A DNA stretch of 63,910 nt, counting the filler, from Octopus bimaculoides (lineage: Eukaryota): NCBI RefSeq assembly GCF_001194135.2. It is 6 parts of 6 records of this genome, joined end to end, with 100 filler letters (N's around TTAATTAATTAA, not from the genome) between each part and the next. Parts side by side here need not be neighbours in the genome. Positions count along the whole stretch, not along the records: positions 41,889 to 60,931 come from NC_068992.1; 5 more parts are not named here. One strand, written 5' to 3'. The notes below the pieces were generated by a model. It searched no databases and had not been told where the DNA came from. It was given only the letters and a program-made list of their open reading frames with translations. Positions 46,896 to 60,931 of the stretch are shown piece by piece. Positions within the stretch are counted from its first letter, which is position 1; every line of letters starts with the position of its first letter. Both the position numbers and the translations under genes were made by a program.

Positions 46896-46957
<62 letters not shown>
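46380..46957 (+). mobile_element. R4/Dong-like LINE 3' end (restriction-like endonuclease) with (AAT)n tail
   Basis: CLLVEISIPCNHTISAKEFNKLRKYEDLLIEIEMMWHLKTDTIPEIIGALG matches the REL signature D/ExxxP..KE..KxxKYxDL..PxxIGALG; stop at 46671; (AAT)n at 46896-46957. Confidence 0.82.
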
Positions 46958-46959
<2 letters not shown>

Positions 46960-47523
46960 TGAATTCTACTTTTACTGGAATTTACGAAGTCTCAGTAGGT
47001 GTTCGCTTTAGGAAATTAATATGTAAATTTACCGAATTCCACAGGCATTATCTATAAAGGCAGATGTCGAAGTCGCCCTTTATACATATTAATAGATGAA
47101 ATGACGCTGAACGGAACACTGTTCATAATGCGTGCCGAATATGTTTGAAAATATTACAGAAAGACAGCGTGAGAAAGCATTTGAGAGAGATGCAAACGTT
47201 ATTGTCAATGATATTTCGTACGGTGAATCAATTAGATAATTTCCTGTCAGACAGGGATCATTAACATTCGTTGATTTATCGGAAGTGGGCATACGAAAAC
47301 AATGACTCTGACCGAAGCCACCTTATTACCTTTTTCGTGTCTTTCCAAAGATGCAAAATCCCATGCGCCCTTCTTTGAGGGTAATGTTACTTTTGATAGT
47401 TGACTTTTATGTAAAGTTGTACGATAAGGACTAACATTATTATCTCAATTTCATGGCTATATTGTGTGCCTTCTACTTAATATATGTTGAAATCATTCCT
47501 TATAAAATGTATATACATTTGCG

Positions 47524-48111
47524 TAGTGGTCCTCAATCGTTTTTTCCTATGGACCTATTTATTTCTTATTTTAATCTATTGGAGCCTCATGTCGATTCAA
47601 TGTCTAAAAAAGTTCTATTATATATTTCTAATTCAATATTATTAGGAGTTGTATAAGAAATTGTTGAAATATTTCATGTATTGTGAATTAACTGCCGTTC
47701 CATCGGTTACGACGACGAGGGTGCCAGTTGATCCGATCAAGGGAACAACCTGCTCGTGAGATCGATGTGTAGGTGGCTGAGCGCTCCACAAAAACCTGTA
47801 ACCCGTAGCGTAGTTCTCAAGTAGATTCAGTGTGACACAGTATGTGACAAGCTGGCCCTTTGAAATACAAGTACTAGTTAATTATGCCAGCTGAATGAAC
47901 TGTTGCAACGTGAAATTAAGTGACTTTCTCAAGGAATCAGCACGTCGCCAGGAATGGAACTCACGACCATATGACGCGAGCTAAATACACCTAACCATTA
48001 AGCCACACGCTTTCATTGTAGAAGCATAACCAGTTTAATGCAGATAAACTTTAGCAACGAAATCATATACGAAGCCCCTAATGACATACGGACCCGGGTT
48101 GACAACAACTT
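47524..48111. mobile_element. Second copy of the hAT-like MITE family, with a nested minus-strand SINE (about 47695-48010)
   Basis: tagtggtcctcaatc...ggacccgggttgacaacaact ends and interior align with 22694-22927; nested SINE has the family A 3' module with a CORE-like body; no clear TSD. Confidence 0.7.
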
Positions 48112-48628
48112 CTTTAGGAGATACTTGCGCTCGATATTGTAGATTCCTGTTCGGAAATCAATATCCCAAAGCATTGTGACTATGTTACACAATATTTCTG
48201 AAGTGACGCATTTGATATTTTTGGTGTGTATTGTGTAAATATCGTTACTACTGTATTTTGCTAACTGTTTATGGATTCATGATGAAACGATAAAACATAT
48301 TTATTTCATATATCGAAAAAAATCCGAAAATTGCCGGTATAAAATCTAATGTATCGTATATACTCTGGAAAATGAGTTATAAAATATTTGTGTACATGGA
48401 GAATATGTTAGGATTCAGTTTGGTATCTTAACCTATAATATTGCGAAGGAGAATTAAATCATGATTCACTAGAGATATTGAATGTGAAGTTTTGTACAAA
48501 ATAAAAAAAAAAAAAAAATGAAATTTATTTTCTACACTTAAGGACATTTCTAGTAGATGTTTCTCTGTGATTTTCAGCTTATACGTATCCCATCTAAGTA
48601 TCTGATCGCTCCAAGACAATTTGAAATA

Positions 48629-49710
48629 CAAGAGTCGGCTGAAAAGTTCATAAGCTTACCAAGATACTCTCATGGGAAATAATCAAATGAAGTTTATTTT
48701 TCAACATAAACCTTGCAGTCCACATACTTCTTTCATCGATTTTGCAATTAAACAGTTCAAAGCAACAGTCACGCATGACAGCCCCTGAAACCAAAGACTC
48801 AAAGACTTGTTTGCGAGGACATTGTCCTCATGAAACAAGGACTCGTCAGTTTCCCTGAGCGATTAGCCATGATAGCCTCAGAAAGTTGGCGTTATACTTC
48901 TCGTTGATGGCGTGGCCCTTTTGAAGATATTCAAAAAGTGCAAAGCCTTTTGCATCTTAATAAAGTGAAGCCAATAACCCCCCTGCATATGAAACGACTT
49001 TGTGATTTTGGAACAGGGGAAGCATGGATTGTCTCTTTGTCTCTGGCTTAAACTGATGGACCCAACGTCCCTTCAGGATAAGAAAACGTTCTAGGAAATC
49101 AGCTGGAACAGCCACAAAGAATGGATTTTCCCGCGAGACAATTAGCTTGGCGCGCTTTTGATCAGGTGTTGGATGCTCACTCACCGAGCAGAAATCTCCG
49201 TCATGCTGAGTTCACTGTATAGTATATTATCACCACTCTCGCGAGATATGCCAAATGTATTGGCTATGTGATTTGTTGGCAATCACCAGTTACTGCCGAC
49301 AATTTGGTGAACACGATCAATGTTTTCTTCGGTAGTCGCGATTAGAGAAAATCCAAATCTACGGTCATCTTAAATTACTCACCATTTAGCTCAAACATCC
49401 AGCTGCTCATGTTTGCACTTTTGATACACCAAGTGTATCATCGAATATAGCTATCATGTCGGCATGAATGTCATTTTGACTAAATCCCTTTTCTGTAGGT
49501 AATTGATAACACCATTATGGCAAATTTTGTCCATTTTCAAGAAAAGTCGGTACGTATTCAATGTGAAGCCTTCTTTCAACTGTCAGATATCAGTTTACCT
49601 GGAAAGAAACAATGGGGTTATTAATAAAGAAAGTGCAAATTAATGGAAGATCTCACAACTCTAATATCACACCTTCATAGACAGCCTATTAACTTTTCAA
49701 CCAACACTCG
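48629..49710 (-). mobile_element. Decayed mariner element with both TIRs and TA flanks
   Basis: Imperfect 30-bp TIRs (caagagtcggctgaaaagttcataagctta vs reverse complement cgagtgttggttgaaaagttaataggctgt); TA at 48627-48628 and 49711-49712; minus strand TPDQKR..LERFL...WVHQFKPETKRQSM. Confidence 0.85.
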
Positions 49711-49799
49711 TATTTAACGGTCTCATTTTGGAGCAGTAAAACAATATTTTATTTGTCATGAAACCCAATAAAAGAAACAATGATGGAATTGCGTTTCTT

Positions 49800-50037
49800 A
49801 TTTCTTTATTGCCCAAAAGGGGCTAAACGTAGGGGAGACAAACAAGGAAAGACAAAGGGATTATGTCGATTACATCGATCCCAGTGCATAACTGGTACTT
49901 AATTTATCGACCCCGAAAGGATGAAAGGCAAAGGCAAAGTCAACCTCGGCGGAGTTTGAACTCAGAACGTAACGGCAGACGAAATACCGTTGAGCATTTC
50001 GCCCGGCGTGCTAACGTTTCTACCAGCTCACCGCCTT
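49800..50037 (-). mobile_element. Full-length family C SINE with a perfect 21-bp TSD
   Basis: aatgatggaattgcgtttctt at 49779-49799 and 50038-50058; tRNA-like head with gagttcaaac B-box; 3' end agccccttttgggcaataaagaaat. Confidence 0.93.
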
Positions 50038-50705
50038 AATGATGGAATTGCGTTTCTTTTGACATAGATTTAACATTAACAGACACCATTTGCAACCAAG
50101 ATGCAACTTGGATGAATATATTCTATGATAACCCTGGGCTGATAAAGTGTTGTGAAAAAAAGTTGACGGATGGCAACTCTGCAAAACCTCTCTCTCTCTC
50201 TCTCTAAAACAAAAAGCGTATGTGCTGCTATTTATTATTTCGACTAGATCTCATCAATGCTGTGCTCCAGCATGACCGTAGTTCAATAATTTTAAGAAGT
50301 AAACTATAGAAGATTGTATTTATTGGTTTATCATTTTGCCGAAATACATATGTAAACTGAAGAAACTAAATGTCATTTCGCATTATATCAATCTCCCAAC
50401 ACAACGTATCAACTTGCAAAGAAGAGAATCAGCTTAACACTTGTAGAGTATTGTTAAGCAGCTTAGAGCTTAGTTTTCTTTTTAGATCAGTTTGTTTTGT
50501 TTCTCATGATGTTCTCAATAGCATCAGAATATATATTGTATTTAGAAGACCATTCAGAAAAGAAATGCTTGTAATCTTTAGAATTAAAATTTAAAATAAC
50601 AATCAAGTAGTTGGCAACTCAATTACCTTTTTAGCCACTTCAGATGTGCTTGTCTGTATGGCAATTGGAGAACATGACACTGTATTATCAGTAACTTGAT
50701 AATAT

Positions 50706-51480
50706 GGCGGCGAACTGGCAGAATCGTTAGCACACCGAGCGAAATGCTTAGCGGTATTTCGTCCGTTGGCTCTTTCTGAATTTGAATTCCACCTAAATCG
50801 ACTTTGCCTGTCATCCAATCGAAGTCGATCAAATAAGTACCAGTTGAGCACTGAGGTTGATGTAATTGACTNNNNNNNNNNNNNNNNNNNNNNNNNNNNN
50901 NNNNNNNNNNNNNNNNNNNNNNNNNNNNNNNNNNNNNNNNNNNNNNNNNNNNNNNNNNNNNNNNNNNNNNNNNNNNNNNNNNNNNNAACCACCGAGCTTC
51001 CTGGACTTGTGCCGAAATTTGAATTATTAGTAACTTGGTAATAAGGGGGCGAGCTGGCAGAATCGCTAGCACTTTGGACAATTTGCTTAGCGGCATTTCT
51101 TCTGGCTTTCCGTCGTGAGTAACCCTTAACATTCATCCGTTCCCGGTCGATAAAATAAATTACCATTTCAGTAATGGTGTCCATATAATTGACTAACCCT
51201 TCACTCCACCTCCAGTATTTCAGATTTTGTGTCAATAGTAAAAAGACTTATTAGCGTCTTAATAATGAGGTTCAAAGCTGGTGCAGCCGTTAGCAAGCTA
51301 GACATAAATGCTTAGCGGCATTTTGTCCGTTTTTACGTTCTGATATCAAATCCACCGAAGTTGACTTTGCCGTTACACCTCGGAATCAATAAAATAAGAA
51401 CCAGTTAAGCACTGACATCGATGTAATCGACTTAGCCTCTTACCCGAAATAACTAGCCTGGTGCTAACATTTAAAACCGT
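50706..51480 (+). mobile_element. Three head-to-tail family C SINE copies
   Basis: ggcg.gctggcagaatcg.tagcac heads at about 50706, 51044 and 51283, each followed by the core. Confidence 0.8.
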
Positions 51481-54104
51481 TTTTAGTGACTCAATATAAA
51501 TTGTTAATTTTTTGTCGAGGTATAGTACAAGAGAAGTATTCACACAGCCGGTTGTAGTTTTTCTACTTTCTTTCTGAGGCACATCAAATCAAATAGGGCA
51601 AAATGAATAACATAAATGGATTTCCCAATTAATATCCATTTAAGGGTTCATATCTAGAAAGTAACAGCCAAGTAACAAACAAAAAAATAGGATAAAGTGT
51701 GACTTTTTCTACTACATTGTAAAAGAATGTTACTTGAAATGGAACAAATTTGAACGAATGGAAATTAGTTTAAAATAATCTAATAGGAAAATTACCATAC
51801 AACTGGCTACCAATATATTTCTTTCGAAGAACCAAATAACTATACGTTTTCAGAACCGATAAACAGTAAAGTTTACCTGGAATTGTACCAGAAATAGTTT
51901 CTCCTCCAAGTATATTTAAGCTGTCCAATGACTAAAAGAATAAATAGATGGAACACTTTCGAAGGACACAAGAGAATAACCGAGAATGTGAGGAACATTA
52001 ATTATATTGAATGAATTCTTTTGATGAAATGGAAAATTAAGAAGCCTTATCTGCTAATAGAATTTAGATAATTGCCCAATAACATAACAAAATGATAGGA
52101 AAAAATCAAGCAAGCAACATAAGAAAGTAAAAGGAATGCAACAGTTTTTAGGAAAATAATGAAAAGAGATGACTACGGTACAAAGAATAATTACTTCATA
52201 GCTAAAAACTAATAGTAGATTAGTGTAAGTCACTGGATCATGTTTTCTCCGCCCGCCGTCAACATCACAACGATGATGGTGCGGATTCCAGGTGCTTTAC
52301 GTTCGTTGAGCTGCTTCAAGGTGGCACTGACATTATTGGCTGTGACAGGATCGAGTCTACAAATGTCATTGGTTGTGACTCTATCTGCTGCGATAGGTGG
52401 GTGATGAAGAAGAAAGCTGAAGTGCTCCTACAAGCCTTCGAGTTGGGCAAATTCTGCGGTGCTGAGGTTTTATTGGGATCCTTTGCTAGGGCTGTTTTGA
52501 GCTGGTGACTGACACATGCTGATATCGTTGTTCCTTGCCACTGCCCAGAACGTCTCCCAGTCATCTGCGATGGTCTTGTTGCTTACCAATTTGAGCCGGC
52601 GGTACTCATTAATGTGGCTGCGCAGTCGATCCTTGTAGCCGCAGATACTGTTCTTCAGCATCTGAAATGAGATCCAGGGCCACTTTGGAAGACGTCTTGA
52701 GTTTACAGCGACAGTACGCGCAGGACGGTTGACTCTTGATTTAAAGATCTTTCAGGTTGTCAATCTCATCTTCGAGCAGGGCGCTGAAGCGGCTGGCCTT
52801 CAGGTGAGTAGGACGAAGATTAACCTGATGCACGTCGGCAATGGCCCGCATCCTACTTCTCGTCATATCGAGCGAATATAGAAATAATGATGAGCTCTTA
52901 ATAGAAAAGTGAAACCACTAACAGGCGAGGGAGCCGAATGCAGCCATTTCGTGAAATGAGTCATTGGATCACTTAGGCGCATGCCTTGCTCATCGCATTT
53001 TATATCTCGTCCATTAAGCAAACGTATGTGTATACACACAAACGCATACACACCCACGCGCTCGCACGCACACGCACGCACACTTATGCACACGACTGGG
53101 AACTCAGAATGAAGAAATATGATTGAAATAGTTATACCCGTTTGATCTCGTCCTTCTTGAACACATCCTTCACTAAATGCTAACACTTATAACAAAAATT
53201 TGTCGTTAGTTCAAGAAAATGTTATTCTTATATTTTCACGCGGAATCAAATACTTCGTTCATATTTGTTTACATGGCTCCGAAATTAAATCTACCCCGGT
53301 AAAAGTCAAGCTTACCAGTTATTTTCAAAAGTATATGAATTGCAACAGAGAACATAGTACAATTTAATTTAAATATGAAATGTAGAAATAGTCGAGTTAG
53401 TTATTCTTATTGACAATTTGGCATACTTCGAGATAAAATTATTTACGTTACGATTATCTACTTAAAGATCAATTAATTCTTGATCAGAAATATTGTCATA
53501 AATTTCAATGGTAATTAAAGTAGCTTATAAGTATTATATAAAGAACTGTTCATTTTGTCCCAAGACTAAAGCTCATCTTTTTTTCTTTTCGGTATCGTAT
53601 AAATAATTTATCTATGACAGTAAATGAACGCCAAGATTTAAAATAGTGTAAGCCTAGTCATGTCTTATTGCTCTGCAGTTCTCATGCGGTATGACTGTAC
53701 AACACTATATGCATTAGAAATATGGTTCGTAGATGAAGATATGTAAATAGATGTTGGATAGAATTGAAAACAAAAAAAAAGTGGCACCGAAGAGGCAATT
53801 CATAGCCTGCATCCACAACGATAGAAGAAAATTTAATTTAATAAATATATTCTCAGATGAATTCCTATTTCAACGAAATGACATTAAGAGTTATTTCCCT
53901 TGCTTATCGTTTATGCATATGTAACAAAGAAAATAAAAAAAACCCAGACATTTTGATTTACCCGTCACACCAAAATTTAATGCATTCAAGGCACTCACCC
54001 ACTGAGTATTTGTGTCAAATTTGGTGAAAATCTGTTCACCCATTTTCCAGAAATATTGCAAAATCACAGACAGACAACGACGAGCGACTACAAAAACCCT
54101 ACTT

Positions 54105-54320
54105 AAGGCAGTGAGCTAGCAGAGACGTTAGCACGCCAGGCGAAATGCTTAACGGTGTTTCGTCTGTCCTTACATTCTGAGTTCAAATTCCGCCGAGGTT
54201 GACTTTGCCTTTCATCCTTTCGGGGTCGATAAATTAAGTACCAGTCATGCACTGGAATCGATGTAATCGACTGGCCCCCTCCCCCAAAATTTCGGGCCTT
54301 GTGCCTAGAATATAAAAGTA
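54105..54320 (+). mobile_element. Family C SINE
   Basis: aaggcagtgagctagcagagacgttagcacgcc...gagttcaaattccgccgaggttgactttgcctttcatcctttcggggtcgataaattaagtaccag...aatttcgggccttgtgcctag; another copy on the minus strand at about 60320-60520. Confidence 0.88.
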
Positions 54321-55526
54321 CAATAGCCCTGCTTCGCTTACGCGCGCAGGGTTAATGATGATGTAGAACGGCAAAGGATGATAACAAAACATTGGTCTTG
54401 CATGGCAGCGCCAGCCTATACATCGAAGGAATGATGTGAACCGTGACCATGTCACATGTAGTCCATCAACACGAGCTGTCAACCAAGCCGGATTCTTAAT
54501 GGGTAGAGCCCAGTAAGTAGGGTCTAACTCGGAAAATGGTGCAACATGGTCAAAAAGTCCGGATCATAGCCAAGATAAACATTAAGATCCTGCATAAGTA
54601 ACAACGGCAATTATGAAATCAATCCTGTTCGTATTAATGGTTAAACATTCATTATATTAAATATTCATTATATTGTTATTTATAATTTCAAGCACTGTTT
54701 CGTAAAATAACTGTTCTTTGTAAATATGAGTTTTCAGATTAACTGCAAATCACCTTTTGTAATGAATTTAATTTTAAACGTATCCCAGCAATCTACGGAG
54801 AAAGTGTTAACTGAATCAAATTGTTTGTTATATTTATTTCATAATCAAATTGATAAAGATTAATATTGGTAAGTACAATTTTCGATAATGTCTTGTTCAT
54901 ACCAGCTCCGGCAGCAAAATAACAGGAATACGTGTATGTAAGTTCGGTTAAGGAGAAATATTGAATTGATATTCTTTCGAAGAATGCCATCTAGTCTCTC
55001 GCCTCCCCGGTGATATGCATTTGGAAATTAGATAAACGCAGGTGTGAGCACCACGAATACACACTCACAGAAACACATACAGACACATAATTATATTCTT
55101 GCGCTTGCGCACATACAGACACATATGTATACGTATACATAAAGCTGTATGCATACACATATGTAAATTTATCAATAGCTGGTAGGAACCCCATATTTCT
55201 TTAATCAGCCATAATACATTACCAAGTTTATTAATTCATTTATGAAGTGAATACTGTGTTCATTGACGGTTAATAGGTTGGTTGTGGTGCTGAAGAAGGA
55301 GTAGCAACTCCTCGTATAGCCATACACACTCAGTAACTAGGTTTTTTATCTCTAGTATTGCCCATATAGATGTACTCATATACGAAACCTTGTAATTTTC
55401 AGTGGTGGCTCTAATTCCTATTGAGAATTTGTAGACATAGCATTAAACAGTAATATATATTTAGATATGTATATATACACATACGTATGCATGCACACAT
55501 ATCTATCTACCTATCTATCTACCTAC

Positions 55527-55606
<80 letters not shown>

Positions 55607-55832
55607 ATATATATATATATATATATATGTANNNNNNNNNNNNNNNNNNNNNNNNNNNNNNNNNNNNNNNNNNNNNNNNNNNNNNNNNNNNNNNNNNNNN
55701 NNNNNNNNNNNNNNNNNNNNNNNNNNNNNNNNNNNNNNNNNNNNNNNNNNNNNNNNNNNNNNNNNNNNNNNNNNNNNNNNNNNNNNNNNNNNNNNNNNNN
55801 NNNNNNNNNNNNNNNNNNNNNNNNNNNNNNNN

Positions 55833-55867
<35 letters not shown>

Positions 55868-56486
55868 ATATGTATATTTACATGCAGACGGTGGTCAATG
55901 TTCACACCGTTTCCATCTGTATTAGTCAAACAGAAGAGACAAAGGAAGACAATTTCCAAGGCTACCACACCGAAGAACCGAAACAGAAGCTAGTCGGTTC
56001 CGATACAACTTTTTAACAATAAACTACAGACAATTTACTGACAATATGACTATTAAATATTATATTACAATATATGTCTGGGTCATATTGTGGTTCAACA
56101 CATCAGACGTCACTGGAATGGGATTGCTGATCGTTCGAATAAAACATTCATGAGTTAAGAATTCTGCATACATTAACTTGTTTGCCACCCTGACAACCTT
56201 CATACATGTCTGCATCTTTGTCGGTATGCTCTCTCGCGCGCATTGTCTGTCCAGCTGAAATAACTTTACGTATATTCATATTTTCTCTCCGACCCCTTTC
56301 CTCACTTACCTCGTTTCCATCCACATCTCACCTCTTTTTTTTTGTATTTGTTACCCCTCCCTATCTACATAAATATGTATGTGGGTATAGTTAAATGTAT
56401 TTATATCTAAAATATGTTTATCACTTTATCTACACACATACACAGAGGCAAACGCAGAGAAAAATACACCTGCATATATATCTATA

Positions 56487-56520
<34 letters not shown>

Positions 56521-57814
56521 CCGTCGTATTTTATATGCCTGTATGAGTTCTCTCAATGTTCCATACTTTATATTCAACACTTCAATGACACCGTGTAAAG
56601 GAAATCAAACAAATACAATGACACCAACATATTTTTATAAAATAAGCGACAAAGCACCAAAGCTAACACCAAGTACCATATTGTGGTATAAATATTTAAC
56701 ACATAACGGTGAAGTAATTTCATATTCTCAACCAAATAGTGTGTTGACTATCGGTTTCGACAGATAAACCATAAATCTATAGATAAAAGTCTCTTAATAG
56801 CATAGGCTCTAAAATTTGTTGGAAAACTTTTGATCAGATGAGTGTTGTTCGTATCAATTTATCTACTGATGTTAGTTATTCTTTACAGGAAGTTTATTTT
56901 TGCGTCTCATATGTAACGTATATGGCGGATGCATATGGCAGATGGCTATGGCACAATGAGAATTACAGTGAGAATTGTAATACATGTGGAAACGTCATTT
57001 ATATTCGTATTTAAATGATAATAAACTGCCAAATATTGTTTTAAATGAATTATGAAATATTTTAGTTTGTCAACTGTCTAGCTCGGCACCTGCTGATAAA
57101 AAAAGGTTATCTTCGTAATTGCATTTTATTTTATATTGTATCTTGCCGAGAATATGTTTCAGACAAGTTTTATATTGCACTTAAATATTTGATATCGTGT
57201 TTTGCATTTGCCGGTTTGAGTAAAATTGTTTCCTTTGGCAACAAACGAACATGATGTTTTTTGACTGAACGTACAGCATTGAAAATGTCTCCAAATTCAT
57301 AAATACCAGGAAGCAATTGTCCATATCAGTTCTTGGAGGGGCGACCAGTTCCAAACCGTCATTTACTTTTCCTTATTATGGATGAAATTCTCGAAACTTA
57401 AGTACACTTGTGTATAATTTTTCTCCATACCATAACAACACCAACTTTTTCGGACACTTTTTTCATATATTATTTTGCCTGTTCTTTCTTTCTACAGGAT
57501 CTGTAATGGAAACAAAGTGAAAGTAAAGCCACATCTTATGCTGCAGACCATATTAAATCACTTTTTTATCATTACTCCAGCACCAACCGATCGTAGGTTA
57601 TGAATGAATAGATACTGGGTGTGTATAGATATTCAACATTTTTGAGAAATTAGATTCACAAAGACGTTTTCGGCAACTTTGAAACAGGATGAAAGTGATC
57701 TACTTCATAAGTAAATTTGAGAGGAAAACGGATAAATTTTGATGTTTTCGATATCAACCAAATATCTTTGTTCCATCTTCAGACCAAACTATCTTTCTTT
57801 TATTCTTTTATTCT

Positions 57815-58185
57815 TTTATTCTTTTATTCATTTACTTGTTTCAGTCATCTGACTGCGGCCATGCTGGAGCACCGCCTTTAGTCGAGCAAATCGACACCAG
57901 GACTTATTTTTTGTAAGCCTAGTACTTATTCTATCGGGTCCTTTTTGTCGAACTGCTAAGTTACGGGAACGTAAACACACCAGCATCGGTTGTCAANNNN
58001 NNNNNNATATATATACATATATACATATATACGACGGGCTTCTTTCAGTTTCCGTCTACCAAATCCACTCACAAGGCCTTGGTCGGCCCGAGGCTATAGT
58101 AGAAGACACTTGCCAAAGGTGCCACGCAGTGGGACTGAACCCGGAACCATGTGGTCGGTAGGCAAGCTACTTACCACACAGCCAC
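57815..58185 (-). mobile_element. Essentially full-length family B SINE
   Basis: Minus head gtggctgtgtggtaagtagc...ggttccgggttcagtcccactgcgtggcacctttggcaagtgtctt (tRNA-like plus CORE-like); internal (TA)n; (AAGAATA)n-like tail. Further partial copies at 15465-15700, 42835-43290, 60120-60250, 61032-61200. Confidence 0.88.
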
Positions 58186-60649
58186 AAAGGAACAAAGGTG
58201 GTGGTATGTATGAATAATATGGGCCGCGAATTATATATTTTCTTTCTTACGTGTAAATATGGTAAGTTAAAATCTAAAGGAGTTGGCTAGGTTAGAGGCT
58301 GCCATTGTTGACAATTCAGCTCTTTGTTTAATACACTTCTAATGAGTTATCTCGGGTCAGGTTACTGTCAACATGTTGCTTCATATAATATAACATTTTA
58401 CAAATCACTTGTAGCTTCATAATGTTGTAGGTTCATAAACTGTGGTTTAGCGATTTTATTGTGAGATCGTGGCACAATTCTAAAGTTAGTGACTTATAAG
58501 TTTAATTTGATGGTTCCCATGATAACATCGCGAATGCTTCAGTGCTTTGTATAAGTTTAATGAAAATAGCAATACCTATAGAATAGATGCAGCGAACTTG
58601 AAACATGGGAAATAAGGCGAATATCAATGTGTTCTCGGTATTCTTCAATAGCTGTTCGAAATTCTTGAAGTGCCGATTTTAATTTGAAGTACCCTAAAAA
58701 TAAATGTTTTTCACTATATTATTCATGGTGGTACTGAGAACTTTGGAAGCAAAACAGTAATCTCCGAGCATATGTAAGTCATAATGAAGTAGGTAAAAAC
58801 TGCTGATGTGAGGAAATTATTAGCTGTACGTTTATTTATAGAAAACGATTGAATATAACAGCAGCACCTACGTATTATTTGAAAAAAACTTATTAAGAAA
58901 ACACATTGAAAGCAGGGGAATTCATTTGGTTTAGAAAAATCTGTGGAATATTTTACAGTGGTCGAAACGACAAGACTGAAAATAGAAATGTTACATGAAT
59001 TATAAATGAAATGGATTAAGTAATTATGATTTATTCAAGTTTGCAAGTTTCTGTTTATAGAGTGTTATTACAAGGGAACGAGTGAAAATCAAAAATATTA
59101 GTTTTACACAATACGCAAACGGGGATATTCGCGTGTCACATGACCAGCTGGATGTAGAAATCCCTTTTTTCGTCTCAGATCACATTCAACAGTCATATGA
59201 TATAGTATAAATAGGTCCTAGACGTGATGATTAAAGGGCGTGATGATCACGGCTTATTTACTTTAGTTTACTATTCTGCGAGAACATTGTTAACATGGTC
59301 CCCGATATGAACAATAACACATTATCGTCATCAGTAACTATAACAGAAATAATAAAATAAAATAAAAAAACAAAGCACGAAAATATTACATGAAAAGCAA
59401 AATTCTTAATAATGAGATTATTCCGTCTTCGTTCGTATGAATGAACACGGTAGATTTCTTTGAGCATTAATAAACTAATATAATTGCTTATTCAATATAA
59501 GACTGCAGAAGACTACTTAAATAACTATCAAAGAAAAGTTTCAATTCTAGCGTTTAATGAGAGGTTAACTGAAAGAAAGGATGGGAATTATTTTTCTGGT
59601 CGCATTATTCTGATTTAAATAAATGTGAATAATTACCAGACTTATCCATGAGTTTATAGGAATGTCTTTTTGGCCACATAAAGAGAAGATAAAGTAACTT
59701 GTGTTCCTGTCGCTTTGAGTGTTAAGAACTAAGATGTTTGGTTCAAGTAATATCCATTGTACACCACTCTTTCTATCCTTCCTTTCTTTCTCTTTTATAT
59801 TAATAGTCTTATAATTAGCTTGCTTACGTACATTAAAACTATCTAATAGACTGCAAAGCAATCATATCAGTTCTAATTTACAATTGGCCCGAATGATGTT
59901 CTTCTGCATTTGATTTCTAATTGGTTTTAAGAATACATTGTTTTAATAAGAAAATCTGCCTGTGAGCTGGGTGTGATGTTGACCGGGAGATAATGTATTT
60001 ATGTCAATTGAAATAAATAACTTATTAATAAGTAGAAGTTTAATTGCTAAAACAATCGTTGCATCTATATACATAGATATATAGGTATATAAAAGAAAAC
60101 ACACACACACATACACACACACACACAGAAGCAGGCTCAGTTGTAGCTATATAGAAAGAAGGTTTCTTCCCTCCAAACCACATGATTCTGTGATCAGTTC
60201 CAGTGCAGAATGGGCGGCCAAGTGGTTTTCACTGTAACCCTAGGCCGACCAAAGGCTGTAAGATGTCTTCATATCTTCAAAGCTTGTGTAGCCGATCAAC
60301 AATGTTTTAAATAATAATAATCTTTTCTACTATAGGCACAAGGCCTCAAATTGTGGAGAGGAGTATGTCGATAACATCGACCCCAGTATTTTACTGATAC
60401 TTATTCAATCGACCTCTTAACGATGAGGCAAATTCGACATCGGTGGAAATTGAAACCAGAACACAAACACGAACGAAATAACAGTAAGCATTTTCACGGC
60501 GTGCTAGTGATTCTTGGAGCTGGTCGTCCTAATGATAATGATATCCATCATCACCTGACAATTGGTGCTTGTTTACTTTACATTCCCGTAACTCAGCGGT
60601 CCTGCAAAAACAAGCCGACAGAATAACTACCACATTTTAATATGCTACT

Positions 60650-60931
60650 TGGGGCGATTTCTTCGTCTAAAATTGTTCAAGGCGGTGCACCCACATGGTC
60701 GCATTCAAACGAGCCCACAACCTACGGGACCTCTTGGTCCACAGCTTCTTCCCCAACCCAACCTCCCAACCTGGCTCATTCCCCTGCTCCCGCCCACGCT
60801 GCCGCACTTGCCCTTACCTCTCCAACACCACCCTCCTCACCAGCACCCATCACCGACCCTATCACATCACCGACTCCTTCACCTGCACTTCTACCAACCT
60901 CATCTATTGCCTCTCCTGCTCTCTCTGCCAT
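60650..60931 (+). mobile_element. Penelope-like element fragment (Cys-rich region before the GIY-YIG motif), cut by the linker
   Basis: MVAFKRAHNLRDLLVHS...PGSFPCSRPRCRTCPYL...HITDSFTCTSTNLIYCLSCSLC. Confidence 0.88.

Noticed and set aside
55285-55400. Possible hammerhead: CUGAAGA followed by the hairpin aggag-tagcaa-ctcct
   Set aside because: No GAAA follows the hairpin and no stem I or III with a cleavage triplet can be built.
55925-56000. Hammerhead-like cagaagag...cgaaac...gtc (also gaaaccgatagtc at about 56745-56760, minus)
   Set aside because: The CUGA core is missing or mutated and the stems do not pair.
56889-57597. Two plus-strand exon candidates with good acceptors (about 56889 and 57498)
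   Set aside because: Phases are incompatible without a stop and neither peptide is recognisable.
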